Shown here in pieces: positions 36,901-47,600 of a stretch of DNA of 64,000 nucleotides. Below the pieces are notes generated by a model. It ran no database searches. It worked only from the letters and a program-made list of their open reading frames with translations, and was not told the origin of the DNA. Position 1 is the first letter of the stretch. Each line of letters starts with the position of its first letter. The position numbers and the translations under genes were made by a program. Source of the DNA: Podarcis pityusensis (lineage: Eukaryota); assembly GCA_964106645.2 (NCBI GenBank), contig OZ067050.1; one strand, given 5' to 3'.

Positions 36901-37410
36901 CCACTTTAAGGACACATCCCATCCACCCAGAAGTGCTTGAGAGAGGTGTGGAGCAGGGCCAGTGAGAGTCCAGAGGGATGGATAGAGGGGCCTGTATTCA
37001 GCCACCAGACCTGAGGTTCCCCATTCCTACGTTTGGGCATAGAGTGCTGTTATCGCTTGCATGCCTGAGTCCTTGCACTGATACCCACTCACATTTGCTG
37101 CAATTTGAACCTTCTGCAAAGGCAACCGGGAGGGGGGCTGTGGGTTTAAACTTGGACAGGGAATTGGGATATCTGAAACGGCACATTGCAGTAGTAAAAC
37201 ATGAATGCCATAGAAAGGATAAGGTCACTGCCACTTTTGAATCTCGAAATTCTTTGACATGCCTCCTGAGCTGATGGTTGTTTGCTTCTTGTGTTCCTTT
37301 TTTTGTTTCTCACTAGGGTGGAATTTCAGAACAAGTTCTACATGGGCGCCGGGTTCAAGTTCCTCCCTTTCTCATTTGACAACATCCGTGATGGGAGATT
37401 TGATGAATGA
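93..37410 (+). CDS. ATP6V0A1: V-type proton ATPase 116 kDa subunit a1, multi-exon gene span (5' coding exons lie upstream of the window)
   Basis: 18 core exons with GT-AG boundaries and consistent phases splice into a continuous ORF from [32 protein letters not shown] to [30 protein letters not shown]. This closely matches vertebrate a1 as recalled. The essential TM7 Arg in [12 protein letters not shown] is present (CGC 29761-29763). Confidence 0.98.
854..982 (+). CDS. ATP6V0A1: ATP6V0A1 exon 5 (129 nt): [43 protein letters not shown]
   Basis: Polypyrimidine tract plus CAG 851-853; GTcaga donor at 983. Confidence 0.97.
1784..2585. mobile_element. Non-autonomous Tc1/mariner-superfamily (Tc2-like) DNA transposon, 802 bp
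   Basis: 23-bp TIRs CCGTATTTTTTGC(TCT/ACC)ATAACAC, TA target duplication (1782-1783, 2586-2587), no transposase ORF. Confidence 0.9.
4953..4999. repeat. Compound (TG)n(AG)n microsatellite
   Basis: Direct inspection. Confidence 0.95.
7541..7568. repeat. (AAGT)n microsatellite
   Basis: Direct inspection. Confidence 0.95.
7890..8017. mobile_element. hAT-type MITE with the ACTACAACTCCCATCA palindromic core
   Basis: CAG...CTG termini, internal inverted repeat, near-perfect 8-bp TSD gtatatag/gtatatat; related copies near 6090-6230, 41090-41225, 52548-52667, 53335-53403, 57422-57516. Confidence 0.75.
8504..8607 (+). CDS. ATP6V0A1: ATP6V0A1 exon 6, long form 104 nt ([35 protein letters not shown]); short form starts at 8525 (83 nt)
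   Basis: In-frame acceptors CAG 8501-8503 and CAGCAG 8519-8524; GTacgt donor at 8608. Confidence 0.95.
10191..10317 (+). CDS. ATP6V0A1: ATP6V0A1 exon 7 (127 nt): [42 protein letters not shown]
   Basis: ttcAG acceptor, GTataa donor at 10318; translation match. Confidence 0.97.
10965..10995. repeat. (TTA)n microsatellite, probable LINE tail
   Basis: Follows gatgggcagggtagaaataaa. Confidence 0.9.
12108..12190 (+). CDS. ATP6V0A1: ATP6V0A1 exon 8 (83 nt): [28 protein letters not shown]
   Basis: ctAG acceptor, GTaagc donor. Confidence 0.97.
12334..12427 (+). CDS. ATP6V0A1: ATP6V0A1 exon 9 (94 nt): [31 protein letters not shown]
   Basis: tttCAG acceptor, GTatga donor. Confidence 0.97.
14870..15082 (+). 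CDS. ATP6V0A1: ATP6V0A1 exon 10 (213 nt): [71 protein letters not shown]
   Basis: Within ORF 14717..15154; ttCAG acceptor, GTaagt donor. Confidence 0.98.
15994..16144 (+). CDS. ATP6V0A1: ATP6V0A1 exon 11 (151 nt): [50 protein letters not shown]
   Basis: CAG acceptor 15991-15993, GTaatg donor. Confidence 0.97.
17711..17850 (+). CDS. ATP6V0A1: ATP6V0A1 exon 12 (140 nt): [46 protein letters not shown]
   Basis: cccCAG acceptor, GTattg donor; TM1-TM2 signature [11 protein letters not shown]. Confidence 0.97.
18503..18660 (+). CDS. ATP6V0A1: ATP6V0A1 exon 13 (158 nt): [52 protein letters not shown]
   Basis: ccAG acceptor, GTaagt donor; GRY..LLMG and GLIYND motifs. Confidence 0.97.
18950..19040 (+). 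CDS. ATP6V0A1: ATP6V0A1 exon 14 (91 nt): [30 protein letters not shown]
   Basis: cacAG acceptor, GTaaga donor; YPFGIDP motif. Confidence 0.96.
19365..19545 (-). mobile_element. tRNA-derived SINE (Squam3-like), diverged
   Basis: cataggaagctgcct...actgactggcagcagctctccaggg; related copies at ~20178-20275 (-), ~26005-26205 (-), ~30590-30710 (+), ~53408-53600 (+; shows A box and GGTTCAATCC B box). Confidence 0.65.
20003..20121 (+). CDS. ATP6V0A1: ATP6V0A1 exon 15 (119 nt): [39 protein letters not shown]
   Basis: ctAG acceptor, GTgagt donor. Confidence 0.97.
20334..20547 (+). CDS. ATP6V0A1: ATP6V0A1 exon 16 (214 nt): [71 protein letters not shown]
   Basis: ctcTAG acceptor, GTaggt donor. Confidence 0.97.
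20645..20750 (-). mobile_element. Short SINE with tRNA-Ile-like head and CR1-type tail
   Basis: Minus strand reads ...GCCAAGGTTGCAGGTTCGATCCCCATACGGGACA (3' half of a tRNA-Ile-like sequence with B box) and ends in TTCCAATTCTATGATTCT, a CR1-type 3' repeat. Confidence 0.65.
21036..21143 (+). CDS. ATP6V0A1: ATP6V0A1 exon 17 (108 nt): [36 protein letters not shown]
   Basis: cacAG acceptor, GTgggt donor. Confidence 0.97.
21547..21598. repeat. Perfect 26-bp tandem duplication ATTTCACAATAGGGGTTTCAGAAGAG x2
   Basis: Direct inspection. Confidence 0.95.
21994..22068 (+). CDS. ATP6V0A1: Putative alternative cassette exon (75 nt, phase 0/0): [25 protein letters not shown]
   Basis: ~60-nt almost pure pyrimidine tract (21925-21985) plus CAG 21991-21993; ACA|GTGAGT donor at 22069; frame-preserving with no stop. 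Confidence 0.75.
23546..24013 (-). mobile_element. 5'-truncated L2-clade LINE (ORF2 C-terminus, 3' UTR, (ATT)n tail)
   Basis: Minus-strand translation [40 protein letters not shown] fits the L2 ORF2 C-terminal AFS..AP..WN.LP...F...KT.LF pattern; AATAAA followed by a simple-repeat tail. Confidence 0.8.
24867..24928. repeat. (TC)n microsatellite
   Basis: Direct inspection. Confidence 0.95.
25034..25141 (+). CDS. ATP6V0A1: ATP6V0A1 exon 18 (108 nt): [36 protein letters not shown]
   Basis: tttAG acceptor, GTaaga donor. Confidence 0.97.
26533..26550 (+). CDS. ATP6V0A1: ATP6V0A1 18-nt microexon (PAVEEV), orthologous position to the mammalian neuronal PSEDEV insert
   Basis: ttttcaAG|CCTGCCGTGGAGGAGGTG|GTaagc; phase 0/0, lying between the ...EEGEE and FDFGD... 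exons. Confidence 0.9.
29674..29791 (+). CDS. ATP6V0A1: ATP6V0A1 exon 20 (118 nt): [39 protein letters not shown]
   Basis: ttgCAG acceptor, GTgagt donor; proton-translocation Arg motif. Confidence 0.98.
30339..30510 (+). CDS. ATP6V0A1: ATP6V0A1 exon 21 (172 nt): [57 protein letters not shown]
   Basis: cacAG acceptor, GTaagt donor; [15 protein letters not shown] signature. Confidence 0.98.
37317..37410 (+). CDS. ATP6V0A1: ATP6V0A1 last coding exon: [30 protein letters not shown]
   Basis: Polypyrimidine tract plus TAG 37314-37316; TGA stop 37408-37410. Confidence 0.97.
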
Positions 37411-39007
37411 TCCTCTTGAGGCCAGTTGGATGGATGTGTGGCAGTAAACCTTGGCTCCCTCCTGCATGTGTTTGTGTTTACCTGTGTGTGATAAATCTGA
37501 AGTTGTATAGCTCTCCGGTTGTGTAGTCGAGCTGCTAGTGTGACAATATCGTGCTTTTCTCATGAGAACCCCACTCAAAGGAGAAAGGGAGTAATAGGAA
37601 AAACCTAAGAATCATAAGAAAATATTGTTCCTGTAATCACCTTGGCAGGTCCTGGGGTGTGGCAGTGTCCTTCAAGTTGCACAGACAGAGACTACCGTGG
37701 AGGAGCACATCCTAACCACCTGCAGCCTGTTAATAACAAGCATGTTAGCGGCTCAGTTTGGTACCAGAAAGTGAAGTGCAGTTCAAGAACACACAGGACT
37801 AGAAACTTGTATAAGCCATTATTCCTCATTCCAACCACACACACTTATCTCTCCTGACCTCTAGAGCAGCACACTGGACTACTAGCAACAAGTCCCAGAT
37901 TTGCCCTGTGCAAAAGTTGAATTCCAGCTTTATGCCTATCCAGCGATTTGCTGGGGGCAGAGTTTCCTCTTTTACTGGCACTTTTTCTCCCATAACCTCA
38001 GTTAAATTGCCATCATAAAATTGCTTAAAAGGCAACACACATGACAGGCAAGAGAGCTCCCACCCCACCTGCGCCTGCCACACGTCCTAGCTTGAAGCTT
38101 GACCTCTGAGCAGAGCATTGGCTGCTATTCCCTCCCCCTCTCATTGCTCTTGCTCTACTGCTTGTAAGCTACATTTTGTCCCCTCTTCTCTGCCTCGCCC
38201 CTCTGTGTGGGCGTAATCCTCTAGGAAACTCTGACCGAAAGCAAAGGATTCTTTGGGAAAGGTGACCCCCCACATGGCATTACAACTGGATGTTTTTGGA
38301 ACTGTCGTTCCCTGGACAAGCGCAGGCCGGCGAGGGAGGGAGGGAGTTTGCTTGCCTGCCCCATTGCAGAGCCGACTTGTGCCTGGCTCTGCAGGATTAG
38401 TTAATAAGGAAATTTTGACTCACCCTGCCTGCAACTCTGAATGGCTTGTTTTGTTCCAAGGAAACTGAGGGACTTTCACCTCCAGGAAGCTCCTATGTAA
38501 CCCTGACATTACTAGATGGAAAGAAGAAGCAGGGTGGGGAAACCTGCACACCCCGATTACTACTGAGCATTTGTAGAAGCCATCCACAGCAGCCCTTGTG
38601 TATTTTAGGGTGGGCTTCCCTAGGAAAATAGGAATCTCCCAAGGGCAGGCAGCATCTGCCTTCCCTTTGCCATAGGAAAGAGGCTCGGCTTTCTGTGCCT
38701 CTGTATGCTGAGTATTTATATGATTTGTGTGTATTTGTGTGACTTAAGCATGCACTGTTCTAGAATTGTCTCGGTATGAGTCCACCTGTGTCACGCACTA
38801 AAGGCAAGAGCACTGGAACTGGTGTGGCAACTTTATGGGCAGGTGCTAATCCCTTATTTGCTCTTGAGTAGAGACTCTGAAGTATCAGGTGCTGCCATGT
38901 GTATGTGTGAAATAGAGAGCAACCGGTCATTGTGTTTACTGTTACTGTTTTGGACAAGTGAAGTATTCCCTCCCCCCGCTGGTCCTCATCAGTCAATCAC
39001 TGTGTCT

Positions 39008-39108
39008 ATTAAACTAGTTCATCTCATCTCCTGTGTGTCCTGGTCTTCTTCTTCTGGAGTGGGGAGGATTAATGGAAGGTGGTTGGCTGGGCTGTGTCAA
39101 CTAATAAA
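39008..39108 (+). terminator. Candidate polyadenylation signals of ATP6V0A1 (ATTAAA 39008-39013; AATAAA 39103-39108)
   Basis: Hexamers about 1.6-1.7 kb past the stop; the ATTAAA is followed by a GT/T-rich tract (tgtgtgtcctggtcttcttctt). Confidence 0.55.
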
Positions 39109-42100
39109 TATTGCACCCAATGCAGTCTAAAAACTGAATTCTGGGGTTGATATGAATGATGCAGATGGGATTGCCTCTCATAATTTGCAGGGTGTATTCC
39201 ACATTTCTGCCATTTTGCATGCTTCCGGTTGTGTTGCCGATGGGAGAGGCAAAGTCCTGCCTACAGCCAGCGACTGCGTGGGCAAGCTTTTTCAGCCTCC
39301 CCTTTGGTTTGTGGAACTCCCAACAAATATTTGCAGCTACAAGATCTGAAAACTTCCTTTAGAAAAAAGAAGAAGTGGAGGGCAACACCCTCTAATTTCC
39401 AAGGAATCCTAGAATCCACACAGCTGGGCTTGCTGTCTCCTGTGGGTGGTCTTTCAGGTAGGCCTAAAACCACAGGAAAGGCTCTACATCCTGTTTTATA
39501 TCAGAGAAACTCCAGAGCTTGCTGCCTTCTCCGTGATGCAGGTGGAAGATATGCCCTTGCCCTCCCATTGGCATAACTGGGTTGAGGGTAATTCCTCAAC
39601 AGCACAAGCTTCCTTGGAGAAGTGAAGGAAGCAAGTTATTACTTGTCTCACAGCTGCTGCAAAACTTGTGCTGATACTTGAAACGTCCATTACCTTTTAC
39701 ATTGCAGCCAGCGCTATAAACCACCCTTGACAGCTGTGTTGTGTCAGCTTCTTGTGGGGAAGTTTTCCCTTCTGTGTTTTGCAGTGCATGGCTATAGTTG
39801 CTCCAGAATGGCTCACTTCTTCCCTAAAATTGCACACAGCCTGCAAAGGGTTGTATGTTTAGTGTCTTTACAGCACAATCCTAACCATGCTCACTCAGAA
39901 TTCAGGGCAGGGAGCTTCCTGCTGTCAATGGATCCATCCTTATTATGAGAAGAAACATTAAGTGGGCTGGGAGAGGGGTGGAGCAGTGTGTGCTATCCTT
40001 TTTTCTCTGCAAAAGTTCTGCAGTGCTTCACAAATGCCTTCTGGATCTGTTACACAGTGCCTGGGGAGAAGAGCCACATGGGATATGAGAGGAGCGGGTC
40101 GATGGTGTCGGCACAAACCTATGTTCCTTCCAGCAAACAAAACTCCCTTGTGCATTGAAAACTAGCACATCTGGGATAGGTTTTTGCCTAGCCTCTTCCA
40201 AGCGTGCCAAACGTGCACATGATTCTTATTTTTCAGTGCAAATGATGTTGCCGTTCAGTCACAATGGTTCATACTGTTTGTAATAGCTGCAAATGAGCTG
40301 CAGCAAACCTCAGGTTTGCATGCTCCTCCTTCCCTTATGTGACTTCTGCCACCATTAAATTTGCATGTTCTTTTAAGGTACCAGGGGACTCTTTGGCCTC
40401 TGTGAAAAACCATGCACACCGATGGTCCTAAATAAATAAAAGATGAGCAAGATGCTTTGCGGATAAGATCTCAAGTTATACATGTGCATGCCGGGATTTA
40501 AAGAGTGATTGAGAGACACTCCCTTGGGGTGAGGGGAGGTGGAGAAAGGGCATTGGTTGGAAGTCATAGAATGCAAATCCCTTCTAAGGCTGGTGATGAA
40601 CCAGCTTTGTCACTATAAGGAAAGTGAGAGATTAATGCTTGAAAATGCATCACATCAGAACATCTCTGAATGCCTAACCACAGTGAATGTGCACTTCTGC
40701 TTTTTGCAACAGAAAGAGGAAGCAAGGTTTCTGTGAAAGTTTGAACTCTTGGCACTTTTTAGAGAAGAAAGTCACAGCTGGGGGCAGTGGGTATAAATAT
40801 CTGGGTGACAGCTGGCACAATCAGAGTGTAGGAGAGAAGGGATATGAGACATGATGGTTGAGTGCTCTGACATTTTTGGTGAGAGCTGGAAAAGACTGAG
40901 CTAGGCTTTTCTTGGTTTCCCTTTCCTCCCTAGTGGGTTCCACACACTGTCATCCCACCCCCAAATTTATCTGGTGGTCAGACTTGACCCATCCTCTTTT
41001 GGAATAGAGGTACTGTGCAACTTCCTTTGGCCAAAGGCTCTGTGAGTTTGCTGTACACCCCCCCTTTTTTTATGTGTTCCTTTAAGGACAGGATGGTGGA
41101 GCCTGCAGCCCTTCAAATATTCCTGGACTTCAAGTCCCATAATCCCTGACTATTAGCTGTGCTGGCTGGGGCTGATGGGAGTTAGGAGTCCGACAACACC
41201 TGGAGGACCACAAGTTCCTCATTTCTGCTTTTAACATTGAATTGTCATGTCTCTTCACCCTGCCCTCCACTGCTCATGATCCTGGTGCTTCACTGGCTCT
41301 GCTGGTAAGTCAAAGCAACAACACTTGATTTTCTTTATCCCCTGGCAACGTTTGCAGTCAGAGTGAAGAGCACTCCATTACGGGCCAGCAAATTCTGAGA
41401 AGAAATAATTGTATGGTAGCTGCACCTTGATCCTGTGATTGGAGAAACTGCCCGTGGTACTATTCTGATGAAACTGCAGGTGACTGTGGCGTTGCATTTG
41501 AAGTCAGGTACCAGACTGTGGGTTCTGGTCCAAGCAACACTGTACAGACAATTGTGTTGAATAGGCATCTCTGTAATCATTGAAGTTGAATATCACAACA
41601 TATTTGGGGCCTGTGCAAACTTTCATATGCCTTCTTTCCAAACAATGCCTTGCTGGTTATGAGGAATTGCTGTTTCCTTCTACTCTGCATAGGAAATACC
41701 AGCAGGAATAAAGGGACTCTGGGAAATGTTTCAACACTTCTTCTCATTGGCTCCAGCAAATCTGACAGCATCAGGTCACCCTTATAGATATAGAAAAGCT
41801 GGGACTAACAATCTCATGCACGATTTGCAACTTAGCCTACTTCTCTTCTGCCCCTGCCCTGCCCCAAGTTGTTAAGAGGTTTGAAGCCAATATTTTTGAT
41901 ACCACTCTAGCTTGAATTCTGGGCTCTGGTAAAGTGTATCAGTTTCCCCACATGACATTGTAACTGGGTCCAGAATACAATTAAACCCAATAGGCCTGTT
42001 ATTAATTCCGAAGGAAACATGTTGAATCTTGTACCGTAGGATCATGAAGTGATGCTTTTTCTCACCAAGTTTATTATTTTAAAAAAAGTGGTTCCAGCTG

Positions 42101-43417
42101 TGAGCTCTTACAGCGTATCGGCTCAAAGTTTGAATTAAGAATTGGGAAGTTCACTGTTCTAATGTCACCTCTGCCATCAAGTAACTAGGTATCCTTGAGC
42201 AAATAAGTATATTTACATATCATCTTTCCTCCAAGGACCTTGAAAGCGACATACATACCCTTTTCCCTTATCCTTACAACAAGCCTATGAAGTAGATTAG
42301 CCTGCGAGGTAGTGACTGGCCCCAGGTTATCTTGACCTAGTGAGCAACTATTATCTCAGCCTCCCGCTAAGCACCTCCTATACAAATATACTAAAACTGA
42401 CCTGCGTTGCACTGTCTAAATCCCCAGTATTATTCTTACAAATGGGACTTTCGGCAAAAGGTTGGCAGTGTGGATTCAATCAGGATTCAATCAAGCTCAC
42501 TATCCTCCCCCCCCCCAGGATACTCCATTCCATCTCCCTCTTCCCCAGCAATCCATCAACATTTTGTGCCCACAGTCCTCACTGGGTCTGGGGTGCTTTC
42601 CCAGTGTTGCTGTATTATTGCTGAGTAGAAGGGGACTATAGAGCACCAAAAGTGGGTCAAAAAATAAACCAGGAAATTTGTGGTATACAAAAATCACAGG
42701 GTGTCACCAAGGCGTTACAGGGGCATGCACTGCTTTGAAACAAAGCAGTGTGTCAGCTCCAAAAAGGTTTGTCTGTACAAACAGTACTGAAAGTGGGACC
42801 ATGAATAACTTGCCCTGATACCATCATGAGCATGAATAATAATGCACCATGAAAACTGGCCTTTGGCACCTGAGATGTCTGTTTTTAGGGCCTGCCCTAT
42901 TCCTGTGATTGTAATCGGTTTGTACTGTTTGCTATTTTATATTGTTGGAACCTGCCCTGGAACCTGCTAGTGAAGGGTGGGTAATAAATTTGCTGGTGAT
43001 AAAAAGGATATCTGGAGGGGGCCTTGATGGCTCCTCTGCCTTTTCCCTCCAGATCCCTTTCCTTGTCTGTGTGGTCTTTTTTTGTTTGCATGCCTGATGG
43101 CAGGGTCTGTACCTCTCTCTTTTTAACTGATGTGAGCTGTTTCGGTAGGTGATAATTGTCTGAAAAGCTGGATAAAAACACAGTACATTCATAAATAACA
43201 CTGATGGACTGTAAGACTGCCACCTCAAATATTGGGTAGCATTTGCAAAGTAAGAATCACAAATCAAACAATGTTTCTAGCACACCATAAAAGCAAACAG
43301 TGTCTGAACCTGCTAAAGCAGGAGTTCCCAAGCTGTGGTCCATGGAACCCCAGTGGTAATGAACTTCATGCAGGTGATCCGTGGCACATCTGTGGATTTA
43401 TGATTGAATACAGGATA

Positions 43418-43722
43418 GGTAAAGGTAAAGGGACCCCTGACCATTAGGTCCAGTCGTGGCTGACTCTGGGGTTGCAGCGCTCATCTCGCTTTATTGGCCG
43501 AGGGAGCCGGGGTACAGCTTCCGGGTCATGTGGCCAGCATGACTAAGCCGCTTCTGGCGAACCAGAGCAACGTACGGAAACGCTGTTTACCTTCCCGCCG
43601 GAGTGGTACCTATTTATCTACAAAGCAATGGGAGCTCACCCCGTCGTGGGGATTTGAACCGCTGACCTTCTGATCGGCAAGTCCTAGGCTCTGTGCTTTA
43701 ACCCACAGCGCCACCCGCGTCC
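43418..43722 (-). mobile_element. Sauria SINE with internal deletion
   Basis: tRNA-derived head GGACGCGGGTGGCGCTGTGGGTTAAA on the minus strand, (ACCTTT)n tail, perfect 14-bp TSD TTGAATACAGGATA (43404-43417, 43723-43736). Confidence 0.92.
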
Positions 43723-43794
43723 TTGAATACAGGATATACATCACATTAACCTCCAAACCATCCTAAATATCTTCCAGATATGCTCTGGTATCTT

Positions 43795-44228
43795 CCAGAA
43801 AGGATTGCTGCAATGATCTCTATGCGGGGCTGCCCTTGATGACAATTCAGGAACTTCGACTGGTCCAAATTGCAGCAGTCAGATTACTGGCAAGGGTTCT
43901 GTTTGGATCTCACATACCCCCTGTTTTAAAACAGCTGTGCTGGTTGCCATTTTGTTTCTGGGCCCAACTCACAAGTGCTCATCAGGAATGCCAACTTGGC
44001 CCTGTGACCATGGGTGCCAGGGGCTGTGGGTGCTATGCAGTGTGCAAGGCCCTGGCACCAAAATTTGTGGGTGCCCAGCCCCTTCATGTGGAATTTTGGG
44101 GGTGCTTGGGCACCCAGGGAGTTGGCACCTATGGTGCTCATACTAGAGGTATGCCTGTCGCCTTCATTATAACAGCCTATGGAGAATGCTGAAGACGTAC
44201 CTTTTTACCCTGACTTTTGACACTTGAG
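43795..44228 (+). mobile_element. Degenerate L2 LINE ORF2 3' fragment, interrupted by other sequence
   Basis: Translation ELRLVQIAAVRLL...HIPPVLKQLCWLPFCFWAQ resembles L2 LQLVQNAAARLL...HITPVL..LHWLP; a tail-like LKTYLF segment lies near 44188-44205. Confidence 0.7.
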
Positions 44229-44233
44229 CTGTA

Positions 44234-44475
44234 CAGTGGTACCTTGGGTTACATACGCGTCAGGTTACATACGCTTCAGATTACAGACTCCGCTAACCCA
44301 GAAATATTACCTCGGGTTAAGAACTTTGCTTCAGGTTGAGAACAGAAATCGTGCAGTGGTGGCGCAGTGGCAGCAGGAGGCCCCATTAGCTAAAGTGGTG
44401 CTTCAGGTTAAGAACAGTTTCAGGTTAAGAACGGACCTCCGGAAGAAATTAAGTACGTAACCAGAGGTACCACTG
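44234..44475. mobile_element. Tigger/pogo-like MITE, 242 bp
   Basis: 19-bp TIR CAGTGGTACCT(TG/CT)GGTTAC, TA TSD on both sides, internal TTCAGGTTA repeats. Confidence 0.9.
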
Positions 44476-44494
44476 TATATTTATTTATTGAGAA

Positions 44495-44632
44495 CAGTGC
44501 TATTTTTCTAGAAAAAGAGGTGCCAGAACTCACCACGAACACCTCCCTTGTTCTCTTACAATGGCAATGGCGCCCACCTGAGAGGTGCTGGAGCTGAGTT
44601 TTGGCGAATTCCGGCTAAAAGAAAAAGCTCCT
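44495..44632. mobile_element. hAT MITE (~137 bp), copy 1
   Basis: CAGTGCTATTTTT...AAAAAGCTCCT termini; near-perfect 8-bp TSD attgagaa/attgagag; reverse-complement homologue at 62568-62704. Confidence 0.8.
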
Positions 44633-47600
44633 ATTGAGAGAATAACATTCAGAGACCTATGTAAAATTTTGGCTGAATGTCAACTGTGTGTTGGAATATT
44701 ACGAATGCAAGATAAAAACTGGGGAAGATGGCATGGCCTAAATTATTCCCTGGTTGTGGGCACAGCAAACAAGCATTTTTGAGGGCCATTTTGAGGAGCC
44801 CTCCGTTAGTATAGCCCTATGCTCTCTTGCTTCAGGGATTTAAAGGCTGTATTGAAGGGGGGAAAACCTGCCCAATTGAATTCTAACAAGGCTAGTCAAC
44901 TAAATTCCCGCCCCCCCCGTCCTGTAAATTAATACCTTGAGCTTCTTCGTCTCTCAACCACTCAGAGCTTTAAGGCAATGGGACACTTTGTCCACCATTT
45001 CTCCTCCTCCAGCGTAGCAACTGGTCACAACCCAGACTTCATGTTTAAACTAATAAACACAGGCCCCAGACATTTTGCAAAGGCATATGTATCTCCCAAT
45101 TTTAATTCTTTGCCGCCATCTTGTGACCACGTTCTGCAGTAGCAACCCTCCACTCTCCCCCCCCACTTGAAATTCCTATTTATTTCCCCAAGCATAATTC
45201 TTAGTGATGTAAACCAGGCCTGTGAAGGGAGGGCATTTATTGTGTGGGTGTCAGATTGTGGTCACTGGCTCCAGGCTTCCAGAACAAGATATATATTCTT
45301 TCATGTAGCTTCTGAAGTATAATCTCTTCATTACCGTCTGTTTGTTTGTCTGTTTATTCACAGCATTTGTATGCTGACTTCTTGTAAAAAATGCCGAAGG
45401 CGGGATTTTGTGTTACAGTGACAGGCAGAAATTAAAACAATTTATCCCGAAAGGTCCAAGTCAAACTAAAACTGAGGCTCTGGAAGAATTATAAAACATT
45501 TCAGAGCAGTGGCAGCAAATCCCACTTAAAAAAACCTTCTGAAAGAAAGAGGTTTTGACTGCCTTTTGGAATGCAAGCAACAGGTAAATTTCTCTAGTGC
45601 CTCTGAGGAAAAAGGCCTTGCCTCTTGTGCCTCAGATTGCAGGAAGGCCTCAGGCCCCATCTTTGCAATATATTTAAAGCAGAAACATGCTGCTTTAAAC
45701 AGGCATAACATTCCCCAAAGAATCCTGGGAACTGTAGTTTGCTAAGGGTGCTGAGAGTTTTTAGGACTGTTATCCTCGAGTGACAATTCCTAAAGTTTCC
45801 TGGCAAGAGGGATTGATTATTCAGCTACTCTGGGAATTGTGTAGGTGGGTTCAGGCATGACCAAAGACCATAACAGTAGCTGCTACTAGGACCTTGTTAG
45901 GCAGATTATCACACATGTTTCTTTAATTGTATTTTAAGGCTAGTTCCTCATTAAAGTTGAGGAGTCACCTGTTAAGCTGTGTTAACTCATGAGTAGGTAA
46001 TTTCACTGTCATAGAAGGCCTCAGTGTGGGGTTTTTGAAGTGAGTACCGTTTATGCCTTCACTTACGTTGAGGAAAGAAAATGTGCCACAGCTTTAGATT
46101 TCATCTTTGAAGGTAAGCATGTGAGGTGGTGGTGTTTTTTTTGCCGTAATGTAATTTCATACAGTCATGGGGGAAAAGAAAGTGCACCATCTTAGAATTC
46201 TGTGGTTTTACATATGAAGACATGATAACAACCCTCTGTTCTGTAGCAGGTCTTAAAATTAGGTAAATACAATCTCAGGTGAACAATGACGCATGGCATA
46301 TTACACTGCGTTGTGATTTATTTAACGGAAATAAAGCCAAAATGGAAAAGCCATGTGTGAAAAATTAACACTAATTAGTTATGCCCTTTAAGGTACAAAT
46401 GATTGCTATTATGTCCTGATATGTAAAACCACAGAATTCAAATAGGGTGCACTTTCTTTTTCCCATGACTGTATATTCTAATTTTGTATATTGCATTAAT
46501 TCAAAATTACTACTCTGGTGTTTGTATTCAGATGCATTGTAGCACCTAACAGAAATCAACAGGCATCTTTAACTACAGTATATTATGCGTGGTGGTCTTG
46601 CATTATATATTCTACTTCATATAGTGGGTGAAGCTGTTTTCAAAGTTTATAGTATATTGGTGCTCTCCTGAATGAAGAGACAATCTGCAAGAAAACTGAG
46701 ACACCAAGGGGTCTCCAGTTGCTATTCATATGCATTTTCAGTTGATTGAAAAAAAGTATGAAATGCATTTTAGTCCTGGAAAACTTGTCCTATAATCATC
46801 GGAGGATTGATTTGTTGTTTACTTGTATTGTATTGTTTGAATGATTTCAGTTTCTCGTCATTGGTGAATCTTATCAGTTAGCCTACCATATTTGCCTGTT
46901 TTTGTTTCTACTGTTTGCTGATATATTTTTTAATTTGTTCCTGTGACTATATCTCTTTGTTGTTCATTTACATTTGGCTGCCCCACACTGGGCCCAGATT
47001 ACTAATTTTTTATTTTAATTTCAAAAGCTGCTTATCCTCACAAGGTCTGCTATGAGAAAGATACACATTTATTTCCCTCAAAAAAAATATATCTGGTCCT
47101 TGTAGTTTACCTCTTACAGTTACAATTCCCAGCAACCCTTAGCAAACTACGGTGCCCAGAATTATTTGAGGGGTGTGTGTGCTGTACTCAAATGTGCTTT
47201 AAAGGTATAGAGCGTCACAGCCTTGCAATATCTCTTTAAGCAGGCTAGAGTGGTTATTTCCTGTGTGTTATAGATGTCAGGTCTGGGAGGTAGCAGCAGC
47301 CTAGTTGGGATGAGATTTGAACTAGAGACTTGCAGCTCCTAGTCTTAATGTTTGAATTAAGGGAGGTGGAGGTTGCAGGAGGCTTCGTGATTTGGCTAAG
47401 ATTGGAGAGATTGAGGCTTGTGAATTCCATTTCTAGTAAGCCTCTCCGTAACCATTTATTTTCCTTAACATTATGTGAGCACTGTTCTTTTTGAAAAAGC
47501 ATTTTTAACACAAACTATTTTATTAAAGATAATATATAATAATTATGATAATCACATCATATATACAAGTAGTAATGAATAAAGAAATAAAATACTATAA

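Noticed and set aside
36454-37005. 183-aa minus-strand ORF and overlapping 136-aa plus-strand ORF in the last intron
   Set aside because: No domain similarity or splice context; consistent with chance ORFs.
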